Below, piece by piece: positions 59,050 to 64,000 of a stretch of DNA of 64,000 bases. The stretch is taken from the IMG/VR virus record IMGVR_UViG_2706795367_000001, positions 32,001 to 96,000 of that record. One strand, given 5' to 3'. Each line of letters opens with the position of its first letter. The first letter of the stretch is position 1. The notes under the pieces were generated by a model. The model was not told the origin of the DNA. It saw only the letters and a program-made list of their open reading frames with translations, and made no database searches. This DNA comes from a virus. Its lineage: Duplodnaviria; Caudoviricetes. Both the position numbers and the translations under genes were made by a program.

Positions 59050-59367
59050 ATGGGCGTGATGCCCGAGAAAGAAGGCGAGATGCCGAAAGAATATATTGGA
59101 CAAGAGCCCCAGGAGTACGGTTCCATCGAGGTTGCATGGGGCAAGGACTCTGGATATGTGCAGGTGTCCGTAGCGGGCCCCGCGGGATGGCGCGAGCCCA
59201 CCCTGTGGCCGATCATTGCCCCCATGGTAGGGGGACGGCGCGAGAGCCCATACGACCCCGATAAGGGCCTCGATTGGCACGTGGAGCTGCGCTACCGCCA
59301 CGAGATCAACCACCTGATCCGAGTTCTGCGTAGGGCGCGTGACCAGGCTTTCGGTAAAGACGAATAG
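59050..59367 (+). CDS. Hypothetical protein
   Basis: INHLIRVLRRARDQAFGKDE conserved C-terminus. Confidence 0.65.
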   Translation: MGVMPEKEGEMPKEYIGQEPQEYGSIEVAWGKDSGYVQVSVAGPAGWREPTLWPIIAPMVGGRRESPYDPDKGLDWHVELRYRHEINHLIRVLRRARDQAFGKDE

Positions 59368-59434
59368 GATAGACTGGCCATGCCCGTGGTGGCGTCAACT
59401 GAGAGATCGGGATGAGAAACCCGGATACGGGCCA

Positions 59435-59500
59435 GCGCACGTAGCGATAGGGCAGGGGCTGTCGAGAGACGGCCCGGGGGTTCGATTCCTCACGCGCGCA
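59435..59500 (+). ncRNA. tRNA-like RNA with GAGA-capped stem replacing the anticodon loop
   Basis: GCGCACG/CGCGCGC-A; T-loop TTCGATT; GGGCTGTC-GAGA-GACGGCCC. Confidence 0.6.
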
Positions 59501-59610
59501 CGCAATGCAGGGGGATGCGCCGCGAGGCCCACTCCCAGCATCCCTATAGCTGAATATGGTAGAGTAGTTTTTACGACCAGGACCCGGTACCTCTGCCAGG
59601 CATTTCTCGG

Positions 59611-59747
59611 TCGAGGGTGTAGCTCAATAGAATAGAGCACCGTCGCATCCCCGCGTTGAGGACCGCTAAGCGGTGTGGGGACGGGACCGCGGAAGATGCC
59701 GGTAGGTGACCTCGCCAGTATGGGGCGGGCAAATCCGGCCACCCGAA
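59611..59747 (+). ncRNA. tRNA scaffold with insertions in anticodon arm and T-loop
   Basis: GGGTG-TA-GCTC..GAGC D-arm; GCCGG...CAAAT-CCGGC; CACCC. Confidence 0.55.
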
Positions 59748-59832
59748 TTTGCCCCGCATTTGCGGATGTAGGGGAAGGAACCCAGCCCAAGCTTCGGAGG
59801 TCGCTCCCGAGAAGCCTCTGGGCCGGGCTTGT

Positions 59833-59904
59833 GCGCTTGTGGTCGAATTGGAAAGACTCCTGGCTTCCACCCAGGTTATGCAGGTTCGAGTCCTGTCGAG
59901 CGCT
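59833..59904 (+). tRNA. tRNA-Gly(TCC)
   Basis: Full cloverleaf: GCGCTTG/CGAGCGC, CCTGG-CTTCCAC-CCAGG, GCAGG-TTCGAGT-CCTGT, discriminator T. Confidence 0.92.
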
Positions 59905-60272
59905 CGGAGGCTTAAGCTAACAAGCCGCCAGAAACTAAATTAGCCGATAGTTGGCAGACCTAGACGTTAAATCACCTCTGCTCGGCGTCCGCTTCCGTCG
60001 TTAACCCGAAGCCGAACTTGGTCGGAGCTTTGTGGCAGCGGGGCGATATAGCGCGCCCCAGGCCCTCCGACCGATTAAACGTCCCGCCAGATGGATGCGA
60101 GGATCGGGTCGCGCCCGGTCATTCTGGCCCCACCCCCGCCCGCCCGTTCCGGACTAAGACGCAAATACGGGTCAAGTCAGAGGGGCTGACTTCGAAGCGG
60201 CGGGACTCCAAGGGTTTCAATTTTAAGGAGGTCTTTCCATGCGTTAGGTAACTAACAATGGAAGGAGCGGTA

Positions 60273-60572
60273 ATGAGCCGCACATACAGAGATCAGAAGA
60301 AGTATCTCTACAAGCACCATCACGAGGTCTGCACCCGCAGCCATTTCTACCTGGATGATGGCTCCATGCGGTGGTGCTGGCGCGCGCACGACTGCGAATG
60401 CGCCGACTGGTGGGACTGGAGCATGAAACACTGCCCGGTCCCGAGTTGGTGGAACCGCGATATTCGTAGGGCGGAGCGCGCCTTCACCCGCAACAAGATG
60501 CAACGCGCCCGCGCCGGTCACATCGACTGGTCGGCCGTGGATGAAAAGCGCGGAGATGACTATTATTGGTGA
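60273..60572 (+). CDS. Hypothetical protein
   Basis: MSRTYR..PSWWNR..R.ER motif; AAGGAG RBS. Confidence 0.65.
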   Translation: MSRTYRDQKKYLYKHHHEVCTRSHFYLDDGSMRWCWRAHDCECADWWDWSMKHCPVPSWWNRDIRRAERAFTRNKMQRARAGHIDWSAVDEKRGDDYYW

Positions 60573-61004
60573 CTTCTACTTCATGCCCTGCGCCGCTTGC
60601 GGTGGCCGGATGCTGAGGTCCAACATGGCCGCCATCTACCCCGCCGAAGGGATGATTCACAGCCAATGCGCCAAGAGGTTCGCGGAATTGGGCTTCGGCG
60701 AGTATCTGGAGGTGAATGATGGCTGACTACTTCACCCGCGGGGGCCGGGGGCCTTTCGCCTCCTATTCGGAGGCCGCGGAGGCTGGCGCGCCCCTTCTGG
60801 ACCTCTCCACCATCAGCGAAGACGGCTCCGAGGTGATCCGCCTACTCGCCGATGATCCGGTGCTGTTCGCCATCTTCGAGCTTGGCCGGCGGCTAGGTGA
60901 AGAGGGTCTCTAGAACGGTACGCAAATCCCGAGGTGCTGCCACCTCTCCCGTTAAGTCGGTCGGATTGCGTCGGCTGGCCCCCGCCGACTGAAGTGGGGC
61001 GGTG

Positions 61005-61076
61005 TGGCCCGTAGCTCAATTGGCAGAGCAGCCGGCGGTAATTCGGCGCGTCTCGGTTCGAGTCCGGGCGGGCTAC
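61005..61076 (+). tRNA. Atypical tRNA, anticodon GTA (Tyr-like)
   Basis: TGGCCCG/CGGGCTA, GCTC/GAGC, GCCGG-CGGTAAT-TCGGC, CTCGG-TTCGAGT-CCGGG; G at position 33, short variable loop. Confidence 0.7.
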
Positions 61077-61099
61077 CTACTTTTCCCGTGAGGTGTTCG

Positions 61100-61540
61100 A
61101 TGATCCGGCCGGAAATCAGCGTAGAAAAAAGCCTGTGGTGCATCGCCCTGCCGGGGGTGCCTATCGCGGCCGAGGCGTGGTTCTGCGATACCTGCGTGAC
61201 CGATTTTATCGACGCTGCCCGCGAGTACGCGTGGGATTGGACGGATCACCTGCACCGGGCGCCGAACCACGAGCAGAACGCCGACCTGGTGTGCTTCATT
61301 CAAGCCTCCACCGACCGGCAACTCCGGAATTGGGTTTTCTCGGGTCTACGGTGCGTCTGTGGGGATGTTTACGAGGATCACGAGCCCAAAGACCTCTCGG
61401 TCCCGTTGGTGAACGATAATCCGCTCTACCCGATCCCGAACGGCTCGGTTTCGACTATCGCCACCACCAAGCCTTTCTCCACCTACGATATCGCCGCCTG
61501 CCACTGCGGCTGCACGATTTTTGATTTGTTGACCGACTAG
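61100..61540 (+). CDS. Antitoxin-like (HicB/RelB-type C-terminal) domain protein
   Basis: LPGVPIAA..DAAREYA.DW...APNH..N..LV..I....D.QLR.W resembles actinobacterial antitoxins. Confidence 0.55.
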   Translation: MIRPEISVEKSLWCIALPGVPIAAEAWFCDTCVTDFIDAAREYAWDWTDHLHRAPNHEQNADLVCFIQASTDRQLRNWVFSGLRCVCGDVYEDHEPKDLSVPLVNDNPLYPIPNGSVSTIATTKPFSTYDIAACHCGCTIFDLLTD

Positions 61541-61546
61541 GGGAAC

Positions 61547-61957
61547 ATGTCTGTCTACGATGAGGCTGTAGAGCTTCTGAGAAGCAATATCGGGTCGCTA
61601 CCCGATGAAGACTTCGGCCACCTCAACCTTTTTCCATTCACGTACGAATCCGACGAGACCAACGGCATCAAACTCAAGGTTTGCATAGCCATCGTGAAGC
61701 TTCTCCAGGATCACGGCTTTCTCGCCGCAGACGACGCGAAACCGCTCGACACGAGCCGTTCGGTGCGGGTGGCCTGCCAATCCTGCGATACCGCATTGTT
61801 CAGTGTGGTGGCGGGGGAGTCGGGCGCGCTGGTGCCGGCGTCGTACTTGATTCAGCAGGTGGGCCGCTTGGACCCGAATTGCCCGCACAGGCCGATGACG
61901 CTGGATGATCAGCGCCGGCTGATTCAAGAGGCACTCGAGGAAGCGGGGAAGCAGTGA
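61547..61957 (+). CDS. Hypothetical protein
   Basis: RBS; CQSC motif. Confidence 0.6.
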   Translation: MSVYDEAVELLRSNIGSLPDEDFGHLNLFPFTYESDETNGIKLKVCIAIVKLLQDHGFLAADDAKPLDTSRSVRVACQSCDTALFSVVAGESGALVPASYLIQQVGRLDPNCPHRPMTLDDQRRLIQEALEEAGKQ

Positions 61958-62175
61958 ACGAAGAAGAAAAGCTCCAGATGATGGGCTCATTGATGAGCCG
62001 GATGACCGCGGCGTCGGCCGAGGAAGCCCGCTTCACCGATGAGCAGATTGCATCCTTGATCAACATCTTTATTCCACGTTTCGTGATGGAAGCCCCTGGC
62101 ATGAAGCCGGCGGGCCTCACCTGCCGCATCGATCAGGATGAGCGGGGCTGGACGATCCGGATCGACAAGCCGTGA
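61954..62175 (+). CDS. Hypothetical protein
   Basis: GTGA overlap. Confidence 0.55.
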   Translation: MNEEEKLQMMGSLMSRMTAASAEEARFTDEQIASLINIFIPRFVMEAPGMKPAGLTCRIDQDERGWTIRIDKP

Positions 62176-62415
62176 ACACGATAGCGATGATCTGGCACGA
62201 TCTGGTGCTTCGGCACGGCGATGCGTGGGTCGAGTTGAATTTCAGCAAGGCCTCCCGCAGATTCGGCACCGTCATCGAGTGCCCATGCGGTAAGCGGTGG
62301 CTTTCTCGTATGCCTTGGTTCCGGCGCTAGAGTTCTACCCGCTCGGCGGGGTCGTAGCCGAGTAGATCTCGGCAGTACAAAATCGGGGAATTCATGAGCT
62401 ATATTCTCCGCGTTA

Positions 62416-62928
62416 TCAGGGCTCCACGCTCGGGAAACGCCAGATGTGATGACGTCCGATCTCGGACAGAGTTGTGTATTCGTTGACTCTGATGAGTAGG
62501 TCTTCGTCGGATTCCTGGCGCTCCCTGTATGCCCAACCCCCGCGTTTGCTGACGCCGGGTATAGGCGGGATGTTCGGATCAAACTCGACAACCCAATTGT
62601 TCTCACGAAGCATCCGGTAAAACGACCGGAGACGTTTCAGCTTGTATTCTTTCATGCCTTTGCCGCGTGTGGCGATGCATTCGCCATGATCCCTCAGTCG
62701 TTTATGTGGCGCGCACTGAGAAAGAGGCTCAGGCACCTTGAACGGGTATTCGCGGCGGATAACCTGCCGGTCGGTCAATTTACCTCCGTACGTGTGGACG
62801 TGCCATGAAACAGCCTGTGGTGTCACACCGTACATCCGGGCGATATCCGCCTCGGTCTCCCCCGTAGCTTTCAGGGCCTCAATCACTTCTAGTGAGAGGC
62901 GGGGGAGCTGTTCTCTGGTGGTTCTCAT
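62416..62928 (-). CDS. Cluster A1-type immunity repressor (Bxb1 gp69-like), 170 aa
   Basis: MRTTREQLPRLSLEVIEALKATGETEADIARMYGVTPQAVSWH...VVEFDPNIPP..GGW.Y.ER..SDEDLLIRVNEYT. Confidence 0.88.
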   Translation of the reverse strand: MRTTREQLPRLSLEVIEALKATGETEADIARMYGVTPQAVSWHVHTYGGKLTDRQVIRREYPFKVPEPLSQCAPHKRLRDHGECIATRGKGMKEYKLKRLRSFYRMLRENNWVVEFDPNIPPIPGVSKRGGWAYRERQESDEDLLIRVNEYTTLSEIGRHHIWRFPSVEP

Positions 62929-63098
62929 CAATCCACCTCGTCGCTCCAGCACCCGAAGCAGTACAGCTCGTCGGGCGCTTCCGACCAGACCTCTTGGGGC
63001 GCGTAGGCGATGGGGTAGCCGCACCGCTGGCATTTGACCTCGTAGTCGTCTTCGGTGAGGGTGGGCTTCTTGATGAGATCGCTCTGCCACTTGTCCAT
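62928..63098 (-). CDS. Hypothetical protein (56 aa)
   Basis: Hand-read MDKWQSDL...CQRC...CFGCWSDEVD. Confidence 0.6.
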   Translation of the reverse strand: MDKWQSDLIKKPTLTEDDYEVKCQRCGYPIAYAPQEVWSEAPDELYCFGCWSDEVD

Positions 63099-63269
63099 TT
63101 AGTCCCTCACTTTCGCCAGGATTGCCAGCGCGTCCGCCAGGCCGCTGGCCCGCCCCCCGCTGACTAGGCAGTCCTCTTTGTCGCCGCGGGCCGTGGCCGC
63201 TTCGCAGGATCGAAGCCACTTTACGCGCTCGGCGTTGATCAGGTCTATTGCATCGCTCCATGCGCTCAT
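63099..63269 (-). CDS. Hypothetical protein (56 aa), duplicate copy 1
   Basis: MSAWSDAIDLINAERVKWLRSC...LAKVRD. Confidence 0.65.
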   Translation of the reverse strand: MSAWSDAIDLINAERVKWLRSCEAATARGDKEDCLVSGGRASGLADALAILAKVRD

Positions 63270-63303
63270 CAGATCTCTCTCAATGCCTGGTCCCGCAGGA
63301 CCT

Positions 63304-63525
63304 TCAATTGCCCGGCGAGATAGAGCAGGGTGTCCGCCGCGTGCCCCAGCATTTCCGGGGTGCGGGTGAACATGTCCAGCTTCTTGTTTCTCCCGAGATA
63401 CTTTCCTTCGAGGCTTTCCATCTCCGCCAGGAAGCCTCCGTGGTGATGCCCCGCCATTTGTTGTCGGTGGCGGCGCCCACGTAAATGACGCGGTTACATT
63501 CTGAGCAGCGGGGCGGGTATTCCAT
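63304..63525 (-). CDS. Hypothetical protein
   Basis: MEYPPRCSEC; GAGG RBS; overlaps an alternative ORF 63269-63457. Confidence 0.4.
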   Translation of the reverse strand: MEYPPRCSECNRVIYVGAATDNKWRGITTEASWRRWKASKESISGETRSWTCSPAPRKCWGTRRTPCSISPGN

Positions 63526-63556
63526 TAATCCACCTCGTCGCTCCAGCACGCGTCCA

Positions 63557-63709
63557 TCAGTCACACACCTCGCATCCATAGCCGGTGGGATAAGAACTGG
63601 ACTCGCCCATATGGCTCAAGTCTCGGGTGCCGGTTGCCTGTTTCAGTGCGACCTCGATAGAACCGCAAGCGGTGCACATGCCGTAGGTGGCGTCCGTGTT
63701 GAATGTCAT
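63557..63709 (-). CDS. Hypothetical protein (50 aa)
   Basis: MTFNTDATYGMCTACG...GCEVCD. Confidence 0.55.
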   Translation of the reverse strand: MTFNTDATYGMCTACGSIEVALKQATGTRDLSHMGESSSYPTGYGCEVCD

Positions 63710-63879
63710 CAGGCCTCCATCTTCGCCAGGATTGCCAGCGCGTCGGCCAACCCGCCGGCCCGAGCCCCGCCGGCTAGGCAGGCCTTCTCGTCGCCGCGGG
63801 CTGCGGCCGCGTCACAGAATCGAAGCCACTTTACGCGCTCGGCGTTGATCAGGTCTATTGCATCGCTCCATGCGCTCAC
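63709..63879 (-). CDS. Hypothetical protein (56 aa), duplicate copy 2
   Basis: MSAWSDAIDLINAERVKWLRFC...LAKMEA; TAGGAG RBS. Confidence 0.65.
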   Translation of the reverse strand: MSAWSDAIDLINAERVKWLRFCDAAAARGDEKACLAGGARAGGLADALAILAKMEA

Positions 63880-64000
63880 CTAAAGTTCTCCTATCGCCGG
63901 AGTGTTTCGGGGTCGAGTCGGATGGGCCTCTCGCACGACGGAATGTGGACACGCCGGTCCCTACCGCCCGTCTCGTAGACTCCGTTCAACTCGTCATCCG

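Noticed and set aside
59398-59425. Hammerhead ribozyme
   Set aside because: CTGAGAG does not fit CUGAnGA, and the stem II/GAAA geometry is wrong
62416-63261. 281-aa ORF as a single protein
   Set aside because: The repressor begins at 62928; the upstream part overlaps two better small genes in other frames

Overview
The window is a 64-kb internal segment of a temperate, high-GC mycobacteriophage genome. Gene content and order most resemble Cluster J (Omega-like); this is inferred from memory and no search was run. An intact attP with phage genes on both sides indicates the free (non-integrated) genome. From left to right it carries: minor tail genes; an HNH gene; a lysis cassette (lysin A, lysin B, holin); a leftward operon of about 30 small mosaic genes that includes lsr2 and ends at xis; a tyrosine integrase with a tRNA-Leu(CAA)-type attP; repressor and cro; and a long rightward early region. 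That region encodes an esterase, a PD-(D/E)XK exonuclease, a C5 methylase, several HNH/EndoVII nucleases, Pnk, WhiB, an SSB-like protein, prim-pol, a helicase, an RNA ligase, ClpP-like and DnaQ-like proteins, a nucleotide-enzyme cluster and tRNAs. The window ends in a leftward Cluster A1-like block with a Bxb1 gp69-like immunity repressor. The strongest candidate for an undescribed system is a set of tRNA-shaped RNAs that keep the acceptor stem and T-arm but have lost or replaced the anticodon loop (25819-25879, 59382-59434, 59435-59500, 59611-59747). They lie inside larger tetraloop-rich ncRNA loci in a phage that also encodes Pnk plus RNA ligase and an orphan antitoxin-like domain. A second candidate is a domain-shuffling array of small genes that share exact 27-33 bp conserved segments (14.2-17.3 kb). 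All RNA structures were folded by eye and all family assignments come from motif recognition.
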